DNA of 64,000 bases from a virus (lineage: Duplodnaviria > Caudoviricetes): positions 64,001 to 128,000 of the IMG/VR virus record IMGVR_UViG_3300035517_000383, one strand, 5' to 3'. This document shows, piece after piece, positions 1 through 7,865 of this stretch. The notes under the pieces were generated by a model. That model worked only from the letters and a program-made list of their open reading frames with translations, was not told the origin of the DNA and did not search any database. The position numbers and the translations under genes are program-made. Each line of letters starts with the position of its first letter. Position 1 is the first letter of the stretch.

Positions 1-2129
1 TGGTAGTTTTAAAGAAAAATGGAGCATTTGAATACGATGATACAAAAATTCAACACGCTATAATACAAGCATGGAATCAAATTGGTTATCCAGATTTTAA
101 TAAGGTTAAGGACTTGGTTAATGAAGTTAATAGTTTAGTATTAAAGGAATCTAAGAATAATGAAATTGAAGTTGAAAAAATTGAAAATTTTGTTATGAGT
201 ATTCTTTATAGGGAAGTCCCAGATGTAGCAAGAGAATATAGTGCTTATAAAATGGACAAGGAGAGAGCAATAAAGAATCCTACGGAAATTGAAAAGGTTC
301 TTTTTTGTAATAATGAAGTTTCGCAAGAAAATGCCAATAAAAACAATGAACTTACTCATATTAAAAATGCATATCTCGCTGAAATTCCGAGTAGAGAGAT
401 GATGGATAAACTCCTTCCACAAGAATGTATTGATGCTCACGAAAGAAAAATTGTTTATTTCCATGATTACTCCTATAGTGCGAGAGATAATTTTAATTGT
501 GAACTACTTAATCTTGAGGAATTGTTTAAGGGTTGCGAAATTAATGGTACTTGGGTTGAAACACCAAAAAGCTTTCGTACAGCCTGCACAGTAGCTACAC
601 AAATTCTTTGTCATGTATGCTCCAATACCTATGGCGGCACAACAATAAATTTATTACATTTAGCAAAATTTGTTGATGTTAGTCGAAAAAAGTTAAGAAA
701 AAAATATAAAAAATACAATTTTTCACAAGATGTTTATAATCAACTTGTTGAGGATGAGTTAAAAAATGAAATAAAAGATGGAATGCAAACTTTTCAATAT
801 CAATGTCAAACATTATGTTCTAGTGTTGGACAGGCAGTATTTTTAACTGTTTCTGTCTATTTAGGAGAAGCGGGAAAGTATATTGATGATTTGATTATGG
901 TCTTTACTGAAATGCTAAAACAAAGAATTCAAGGATTAAAAGATTCAAGTGGGCATTATGTTAATCCTAATTTTCCCAAAATTCTATATGCTTTAGATGA
1001 AAATACAATGCGTGGTGGAAAATACTATAATGTAACAAGACTTTGTGCAGAATGTACTGCAAAAAGACTCGTACCAGATTATATGAGTGTTAAAAAGCAT
1101 ATAGAACTTAAAGGGGTTTATACTCCAAGCATGGGTTGTAGGGCACTTTTGTCCCCATATAAAAATAAAGACGGAAATTATGTAACATGGTCACGTTTTA
1201 ACTGTGGAGTTCAAACACTAAACTTGCCATATATTGCTATGGAAAATAATTTAAATCATTCGGAGGAGATTTTGTTTAAAAATTTGGAGCATTATTTACA
1301 AATTGCTTATAGAGATTTATTATGGAGAGTAAATCATGTAGCTAAAATAAAAGCTAAATCCTGTCCAGTTCTTTATGTTTATGGTGGTGTAGCAAGATTA
1401 AATCCAGAAGATGATTTATCGAGTTTGGTTTATGGTGGTTATGCTACAGTTACTATTGGTTATATTGGTCTATATGAAACTGTAAAGTATATCACAGGAG
1501 AAAATCATTGGGAGGGAAAGGGAAAAATTCTTGCTCACAAAATTCTCGATTTTATTAACGAACACAATGATAAGCTTGGAAAAGAGATAAATGTATCAAT
1601 TGCCTTATATGCTACTCCTTCTGAAACCTTAACAGATAAGGTTGCTAGAGCTTGCTTAAAAGATTTCGGGCAAATTGGAGATGGAACACAAAGAACTTAT
1701 CTTACTAACGGCTATCACGTTCCTGTATTTGAAAAGATTGATGCTTTTTCTAAATTAACTGAGGAAGCTCAATTTAGTGATAAAACTAGTGGAGGTTCTA
1801 TTAGTTATGTTGAATTACCTAATCTCTCTGGTAATATAGATACTGTCCTTGAAATAATTGAACATATAGGTAATACAAGTTTATATGCAGAATTAAATTC
1901 AGAAGTAAGTCAGTGCGAAAATCCAGAATGCGGATTTAGCGGTTATGATTTTAAGAAAATAATTACAAAAGATGGAATCTCTTGGCAATGTCCAAAGTGC
2001 GGTGAGACTGAACGTGTTAGAACATCATATCGTGTATGTGGTTATTTATCAAACTTAACTAAGTTAACTCGTGGAAGAAGTTATGATGTATTTGAAAGAA
2101 CAAAACACGTAAATTTAGAAGAAGATTGA
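1..2129 (+). CDS. nrdD: Anaerobic (class III) ribonucleoside-triphosphate reductase; 5' end truncated by window edge
   Basis: Frame is open from position 3 (VVLKKNGAFEYDDTKI, ATP-cone-like; the ATG probably begins one base before the window). Contains SMGCR, ATPSETL, Zn-ribbon CxxxxC/CPKC and glycyl-radical motif RVCGYL. Confidence 0.95.
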   Translation, partial: VVLKKNGAFEYDDTKIQHAIIQAWNQIGYPDFNKVKDLVNEVNSLVLKESKNNEIEVEKIENFVMSILYREVPDVAREYSAYKMDKERAIKNPTEIEKVLFCNNEVSQENANKNNELTHIKNAYLAEIPSREMMDKLLPQECIDAHERKIVYFHDYSYSARDNFNCELLNLEELFKGCEINGTWVETPKSFRTACTVATQILCHVCSNTYGGTTINLLHLAKFVDVSRKKLRKKYKKYNFSQDVYNQLVEDELKNEIKDGMQTFQYQCQTLCSSVGQAVFLTVSVYLGEAGKYIDDLIMVFTEMLKQRIQGLKDSSGHYVNPNFPKILYALDENTMRGGKYYNVTRLCAECTAKRLVPDYMSVKKHIELKGVYTPSMGCRALLSPYKNKDGNYVTWSRFNCGVQTLNLPYIAMENNLNHSEEILFKNLEHYLQIAYRDLLWRVNHVAKIKAKSCPVLYVYGGVARLNPEDDLSSLVYGGYATVTIGYIGLYETVKYITGENHWEGKGKILAHKILDFINEHNDKLGKEINVSIALYATPSETLTDKVARACLKDFGQIGDGTQRTYLTNGYHVPVFEKIDAFSKLTEEAQFSDKTSGGSISYVELPNLSGNIDTVLEIIEHIGNTSLYAELNSEVSQCENPECGFSGYDFKKIITKDGISWQCPKCGETERVRTSYRVCGYLSNLTKLTRGRSYDVFERTKHVNLEED

Positions 2130-2194
2130 AGTTAAAGTTAAAACAGGATAAAAATAAAATAGAAAAATTATTTGTTTTTAAGTCAAGAGAAATC

Positions 2195-2223
2195 TTGACT
2201 TTTTCTTTTAATTGTGATATAAT
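2195..2223 (+). promoter_or_regulatory. sigmaA/sigma70-type early promoter (TTGACT-17-TATAAT with TG extension)
   Basis: ttgact 2195-2200, 17-nt spacer, tataat 2218-2223. Confidence 0.8.
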
Positions 2224-2256
2224 ATTAATATAAGATAAAAGAAAGGAAGTTTCTGA

Positions 2257-2805
2257 ATGGTTGGAATTTATTCTTTTACAAATATAATTAATGGAAAAGT
2301 CTACATTGGTAAGTCAGTTGATATAATTCGTAGATATAACGAACATATGGATTTTAGTCGTTATGCAACTCAATATGAGGATGAATTTCATTTTTTATTA
2401 AATGAACATCCCGAAAATTTTATATTTCAAATACTCGAAATTTGCAATAAAGAAGAACTTAATGAAAAAGAGGCTTATTATATAAATTATTATAATTCAA
2501 TAGAAAGTGGCTATAATAAAATTAAGGCTTCTAACAATTTTTATGAGGATAGCTGTGCGGCCGTCCCATCAAAAAGAGAGATAATAAAAATGATAACAAA
2601 CTTACTTGAAAAACCTTTATTTAAAGAAGATAAAGAAAAGTTAGCGAGATTTTTTAATTATAAAGGTTCTAAAGGACAATTATTAAAATGGAGAACAATT
2701 AAACAGATTATTATTGATAAGGGTTTTGATGTTGTAGAATCTAAAAGATTTTTTAATGGAAAAACGGTTAATTGTTCTATTATCAGATTAAGATGGGATG
2801 AATAA
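2257..2805 (+). CDS. Free-standing GIY-YIG endonuclease (putative homing endonuclease)
   Basis: N-terminus MVGIYSFTNIINGKVYIGKS..R..EH, later E..YI..YNS...GYN. Confidence 0.85.
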   Translation: MVGIYSFTNIINGKVYIGKSVDIIRRYNEHMDFSRYATQYEDEFHFLLNEHPENFIFQILEICNKEELNEKEAYYINYYNSIESGYNKIKASNNFYEDSCAAVPSKREIIKMITNLLEKPLFKEDKEKLARFFNYKGSKGQLLKWRTIKQIIIDKGFDVVESKRFFNGKTVNCSIIRLRWDE

Positions 2806-2809
2806 TTAT

Positions 2810-2838
2810 TTGATTTTTACTATAGTTTATGATATAAT
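2810..2838 (+). promoter_or_regulatory. sigmaA-type promoter (TTGATT-17-TATAAT)
   Basis: Same motif as the other early promoters, followed by AGGAGG RBS. Confidence 0.7.
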
Positions 2839-2873
2839 TTAATTTAATATAATAAAATAAGGAGGAAATTTAA

Positions 2874-3299
2874 ATGGAACAGCAGAAAAAGAAAGGTCCG
2901 AAGAAACCAGTTAAACGTGTTCGTAAGAATGTAATTAAGAATTTGGTAAAGGAAAATCAGCGAATTCATGATTATGATAGTCCATTTGGAGTAAAATTTT
3001 GGAATAAAATATTAAAGGATTCTAAATTTCTAGCAAAAAATCATAAGGTTTTTGATAAAAATTTACCAGCAATTATTGAACGAGATTATGAATATTATAA
3101 TCGTTGTTTGGAGACAGAAACCGACTCAAATAAAATCTATATTTTAAAAAGAAAAATCTATCAGCTTGAATATTTTCTTGATGATAGATGGAAAACACTT
3201 TTTGACGATGCGGCGCGACTTTACCCTGATAAAAGAGAAATTTTATGGGCAGAAAATCATGAAAATATTTATGAGAAAAAGAAAAACAAAGGTGAGTAA
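2874..3299 (+). CDS. Hypothetical basic protein
   Basis: 141-aa ORF, AGGAGG RBS. Confidence 0.75.
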   Translation: MEQQKKKGPKKPVKRVRKNVIKNLVKENQRIHDYDSPFGVKFWNKILKDSKFLAKNHKVFDKNLPAIIERDYEYYNRCLETETDSNKIYILKRKIYQLEYFLDDRWKTLFDDAARLYPDKREILWAENHENIYEKKKNKGE

Positions 3300-3301
3300 A
3301 A

Positions 3302-3844
3302 ATGAATTATCAAAAAATTAATTATTTTGACACCGCTAATGCACGAGGTCTATCAACTGTTTTATGGGTCAGTGGCTGTGAACATTATTGTGAGGATTGC
3401 TTTAATAAGGAGACTTGGAGTTTTGATAGTGGAAAAGAATTAACACAAAATAAAATTCGAGAAATTATTGCTTCTTTGAAGAATCGTCATATTAATAATT
3501 TTGTACTTAGTGGTGGTGACCCCTTGCACCCAAAGAACATAAGTGATACAATAGAGTTATGTAAGAAAATCAGACAAGAGGTTGAGGATATTAATATAAT
3601 TATTTACACTGGATATACTGTGAATGAATTATGGAATAGGGGTGAATATATGACCCTGTTTTCAATTGTGGATATTTTAATTGATGGTAGATATGATAAA
3701 ACTAAGCCTACTAAGGGATTAGATTATCGAGGTAGTACTAACCAAAGAGCAATTCAGTTTAAAGTTGATAAGAATGGAAAAATAATTGGTTATTATGATA
3801 AAAGCGATTTTTATTTTAAAGAATCTCAATTCATTATATCTTAG
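3302..3844 (+). CDS. nrdG: Anaerobic RNR activating enzyme (radical SAM)
   Basis: CEHYCEDC (CxxxCxxC), SGGDPL, YTGY, DILIDGRY, RGSTNQR. Ends in TAG; under code 15 it would extend to TAA at ~3856. Confidence 0.93.
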   Translation: MNYQKINYFDTANARGLSTVLWVSGCEHYCEDCFNKETWSFDSGKELTQNKIREIIASLKNRHINNFVLSGGDPLHPKNISDTIELCKKIRQEVEDINIIIYTGYTVNELWNRGEYMTLFSIVDILIDGRYDKTKPTKGLDYRGSTNQRAIQFKVDKNGKIIGYYDKSDFYFKESQFIIS

Positions 3845-3877
3845 TTTATAAATTAATACTTATTATTAGTTAATTAT

Positions 3878-3906
3878 TTGACTTTTTTATAAAAATATGA
3901 TATACT
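3878..3906 (+). promoter_or_regulatory. sigmaA-type promoter driving the large ncRNA
   Basis: ttgact 3878-3883, 17 nt, tg-a-tatact 3901-3906; no ORF follows. Confidence 0.75.
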
Positions 3907-3912
3907 ATATAA

Positions 3913-4482
3913 GTAAGATAAAATTCTTATTTACGGTTAGTTTTACTAACTGATTACCTCTACGATATATTCGTAACTACAAGTGAATAGCTAAGTAAGA
4001 ACTGATACAACACTAATGGATTGTACCACTGTATGAACAGCAAATTTAAGACAAAATGTTTTAATTTTAAATTAAACTAAATTGCCTTAACGCAGTAATG
4101 ACGCTGTAAAAGATACTGCGATAACAAAAAGAAATAAAGGGACTGTTGGGATGATAGGCTCTTTATTTCCATGTCTTTATAGTTTAATAAGCTGAGCAGT
4201 AGAAATTTATTCGTTTAATAAATATCGTAATATTAATCGTCAAAAAGGTATCTTAAACCTTTGACAAACGTATTGTCATAAAAGTAGGGGTAGGGCTTAT
4301 TGTAAATAGAAGAAACTGATTTGTCTTATAGGAGAGAAGTATAGACAGCACTTAACTTAATATTCTTTTTCAGTTTCAAGCCATCTGTGGTTTAAAGTTA
4401 TATAGTGTAAAAGGAAGAACTCATTTCGTATCAGTGACGGAACAGTTTAAAGCAAAAGACCAGAATTAATTTTCTGGTCTTT
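3913..4482 (+). ncRNA. Large structured non-coding RNA (~570 nt; ROOL/GOLLD-like size class, family not confirmed)
   Basis: Promoter upstream, terminator downstream, no ORF. Nested long-range helices: actgatac 4001-4008/gtatcagt 4428-4435, acacta 4010-4015/tagtgt 4403-4408, accac 4025-4029/gtggt 4387-4391. Local stems include cgcagta/tactgcg, gaaataaag/ctttatttc and gaaactga/tcagtttc. Confidence 0.7.
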
Positions 4483-4490
4483 ATTTGTTT
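4455..4490 (+). terminator. Rho-independent terminator
   Basis: aaagaccaga-loop-tctggtcttt followed by T-rich tail. Confidence 0.75.
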
Positions 4491-4569
4491 TCTCTTTCTT
4501 AGGGAAAAATCTATTTGAAATCGTTCGGGAACAGTTTAGTTTATAATATTTTTAAAGAGGTGAATTAAT

Positions 4570-5718
4570 ATTTTTATAAGTAATCAAAAATATTTTATTG
4601 ATAGAATAAACTCTCATGATGCAAATAAATTTGTAAGTATATACCACTATTCTCATAGCGGCTTTAAAGGTGCAAAATTAAACTTAGGAATTTATAATAT
4701 AAACACTAAAGAATTAGTTGGTGTTTAGCAATGGGGTCGTGCGGCTTAGTCTAAAATAAGACTTGACAGATATGTTAAAGAATCAATTAATATAGATGAA
4801 TATTATGAATTAAATAGATTTTGCATGGCTGATTCAGAAGAAAGAAATAGTGAAAGTCAAGCTATTTCTTTAGGTATAAAATGGATTAAGAAAAATTGTT
4901 AGAATATTAGATTATTAGTCTCTTATTCTGGCAGAAAAGAGGGAAATTATGGATATATTTATTAGGCTACTAATTGGGAGTATTTAGGTTATTTTTTATC
5001 TTCGGCTTTTTGGCGGCTTGACGGAGAAGAAAGACATTAGTTTACCGCTTGGTAGAGATATAAGTTACATGGAAACTAGAATTTAAGTTTTGTTGATGCA
5101 CTTTGTGAAATGTATCACGATGTCCGTTAGATTGAGAGTAAGCAATTTATTTATATAATAAGACTTGACAAAACTCTTACTCCCGCATCGACAGTACTTC
5201 CTTATCCCAAGTCAACAACTGAATATCCTATAGAAACAAACTGTATAATTTATTAGGAGGACAATAAATATTTGGAATATTCTTATAATTTAGAAAAGGA
5301 ACATTTTTATTATAAACCTTATCGAGAAAAAAGAAAAATAGATACAACTTGTTATAAATATGCTGTTTATGAATTAGATGGGACTTTAGAGGGAATTTTT
5401 GATAAACTAGGAGATATTAAAATTGATGGTTATACCTCAGATGGAATTCGTGCAGCCGCAAAAGAAAACAGAAAATACAAGAAAAAATATTTTTTGAGAG
5501 ATTTAGATGCTTCTAATTTTCCCTTACAGTTAGATATAACCCCAATATGCTGGATAGATGAAATTCCATTTTATACAAGACCTGATATTGTACAATATCT
5601 TCAAATTTCTAGACAAGCGGTACAGCAAGCTTGCGTACGTAAAAGTAAAATAATTGGTGGAAAGAATGTTATCTGGGGAGAGGAAAATAAAAATGAGCGA
5701 GTTTCGCACGAAAATTAA
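4570..5718 (+). CDS. Mom-like DNA-modification (GNAT-fold) protein with C-terminal NUMOD1/HTH-like extension; 9 in-frame TAG read as Gln
   Basis: With TAG=Q: HYSH...ELVGVQQWG...YELNRFCMADSEERNSESQAIS...LLVSYSGRKEGNYGYIYQATNWEYLG...LPYPK, continuing in frame into ORF 5272-5718. RBS GAGGTG at 4557-4562; only an ATT start is available. Confidence 0.75.
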
Positions 5719-5887
5719 AGCTTATGATAAAGAGGGTAATCTTTATGATTGTGAAATGGTTATAAATAATTGTAAATTGTTTCATAATGAGATAGAACGA
5801 TGTGAAGAAGTCACATTTAACAAGGAAACATCAATACAGTTTATTATTGATAATGCTAAAGAATTATTAGAAAGTCAAGATAAATAA
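5693..5887 (+). CDS. Small hypothetical protein
   Basis: ATG at 5693 after GAGGA RBS. Confidence 0.55.
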   Translation: MSEFRTKIKAYDKEGNLYDCEMVINNCKLFHNEIERCEEVTFNKETSIQFIIDNAKELLESQDK

Positions 5888-5889
5888 TC

Positions 5890-5918
5890 TTGACTTTTTC
5901 TTTAGTTTATGATATAAT
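5890..5918 (+). promoter_or_regulatory. sigmaA-type promoter overlapping a terminator hairpin
   Basis: ttgact-17-tataat. Confidence 0.8.
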
Positions 5919-5949
5919 TGTTATAGAAAATAAAAAAGGAGGAAAGTGA

Positions 5950-7806
5950 ATGAGTTATAATGCAAATGATTTAAAAACTCTCTCTGCTGGCGCGGCCTAT
6001 AGAGAAAAATTGGGTATGTATCTTTCAGCAGATTTACAAGAGGCTATTGATTTAGGACTACGAGAGCTTCTTTATAATGCTCAAGATGAATATGAAGCTA
6101 CTCATAAAGATGGAAGTCAAGTATCTATTACAATAGATACTAAAACTAATAAAATTATTGTAGAAGATAATTTAAGAGGTATTCCGTGTTCAATCAGAGA
6201 TGATGGAATTAATTCCCTTACTGCTGCCTGTTTACTACCTCATTCTGGTGCAAAGCATAAGGGTGAAAATGCTTATAAACAGGCGGTAGGTGTCAACGGG
6301 CAAGGAATGAAAATTGTCTGTCATACTTCTAGCTTTTTTGAAATTGAAGTAAAAAGAGATGGAAATATTTACTACCAATCTTTTCATGAAACAGACGAAG
6401 GTGCTGTCCCCAATGATGATGTAAAAATTATAGGAAGCACTTCTTTAACTGGAACAAAAATTACTTATATTCCATCTCCCACTGTATACGGAAAAGATAC
6501 TAAAATTGATATTGACCAACTTAAAAAGAATTTAACGGACTTATCTTATTTTACAAAAGGATTCAAAATCATTTTAGTTGTAGATGGAATTAAAACTGAA
6601 TTTTATTCAGAAAATGGACTTTTGGACGGTCTAGATTCTACACTAAGATACCATAAGAATGCTTTATATTTTCAAAAGGATTACAATGATTGTAGTGTGG
6701 AAATAGCAATTCAATGGAATAAAAAGCATGGGGAAATTAAACCTTATGCAAATAATTTGTATGTAAGAGATGGTGGCGCATTTATTGTAGGTTTTAAAAG
6801 GTCATTAACAACCACGTTTAATAGACTAGCTAATAAAAATTTTTCAGGAGACTTAATTAGAAAAACATTAGAAGGATATGTTAGTGTAAAAGTTTCTGAT
6901 GTTCAATTTTCAAATCAGGCTAAAACTGCTTTAGCTAATAAAGAAGCTCAAACTGCAACTTCTGCAGCAACTAAAGAAGCTTTAGAAACTTTTGCAAATA
7001 TTTTTAGAGATGATTTTTTTGCAATTGTCGAGGTACTATCAAAAGAAGAAAAAGCTGATAAGGCCGCGGAGAAAGCAAGAGAAAATGCACTAAAACGAGA
7101 TAATGAAATTAATAAAGAACTAAAGAAAAAAACAATTTTAGCGGGGAAACTTGCTGATTGTAGATACCATGATGAGAAATCTCAATTGATTATAGTAGAA
7201 GGCTTGTCAGCATTAGGCAGTATAATAAAATCAAGAAATAGTGATTATACAGCCGCTTTTCCATTGACAGGTAAAATTCTCAATGTACTAAAAAGTACAG
7301 AAGATGAACAAATTTCAAACGAAGTATTAAAAAATCTCCATACTGCTATTGGAGCTGGTTTTGGTTGTAATTTTAATATGAAAAAGATGAGATATGGAAG
7401 AATCGTTTTTGTGTGTGATGCAGATGAAGATGGATATTCTATTATGTGTTTGCTTTTGGCTTTTATGTATAAATATTATCCAGAATTGTTAAGACAGAAA
7501 AAGGTCTATTGGGGACAGACACCATTGTTTAAGGTTACAACAAAACAAGATAAAGTTTATTATGCATATACAGAAAAAGAACTCGAATCATTACCAGATG
7601 GTGATATTTTAAGAGCAAAAGGAATTGGAGAACTTGAACCAGAAGATTTTAAAAATACTCTTTTTTCAAAAGAAGGTAGATATATTCCTTTTAGTTTTGA
7701 AGATGCAGAAAAAGCAAATTATTATTTTGATGTATTACTTGGAGAGAATATTAAAGAACGTAAGGAATACATTAGTAAAAATGCAGATTTTGACGCTTTT
7801 GATTAA
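5950..7806 (+). CDS. gyrB: Type IIA topoisomerase B subunit (GyrB/ParE)
   Basis: GHKL motifs ELLYNAQDE, DNLRGIP, HSGAK, GVNGQG; TOPRIM IVEGLSA, PLTGKILNV, DADEDG, KGIGE. Confidence 0.93.
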   Translation: MSYNANDLKTLSAGAAYREKLGMYLSADLQEAIDLGLRELLYNAQDEYEATHKDGSQVSITIDTKTNKIIVEDNLRGIPCSIRDDGINSLTAACLLPHSGAKHKGENAYKQAVGVNGQGMKIVCHTSSFFEIEVKRDGNIYYQSFHETDEGAVPNDDVKIIGSTSLTGTKITYIPSPTVYGKDTKIDIDQLKKNLTDLSYFTKGFKIILVVDGIKTEFYSENGLLDGLDSTLRYHKNALYFQKDYNDCSVEIAIQWNKKHGEIKPYANNLYVRDGGAFIVGFKRSLTTTFNRLANKNFSGDLIRKTLEGYVSVKVSDVQFSNQAKTALANKEAQTATSAATKEALETFANIFRDDFFAIVEVLSKEEKADKAAEKARENALKRDNEINKELKKKTILAGKLADCRYHDEKSQLIIVEGLSALGSIIKSRNSDYTAAFPLTGKILNVLKSTEDEQISNEVLKNLHTAIGAGFGCNFNMKKMRYGRIVFVCDADEDGYSIMCLLLAFMYKYYPELLRQKKVYWGQTPLFKVTTKQDKVYYAYTEKELESLPDGDILRAKGIGELEPEDFKNTLFSKEGRYIPFSFEDAEKANYYFDVLLGENIKERKEYISKNADFDAFD

Positions 7807-7808
7807 TA

Positions 7809-7837
7809 TTGACTTTTTCTTAGAAATATGATATAAT
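7809..7837 (+). promoter_or_regulatory. sigmaA-type promoter
   Basis: ttgact-17-tataat. Confidence 0.8.
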
Positions 7838-7865
7838 ATATGTGTAATAAAAAAGGAGTGATTAT

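Noticed and set aside
3913-4482. tmRNA, RNase P, tRNA cluster or group I intron as identity of the ncRNA
   Set aside because: No tRNA-like ends or T-loop, no RNase P P4 motif, no P7 pair or interrupted host gene.
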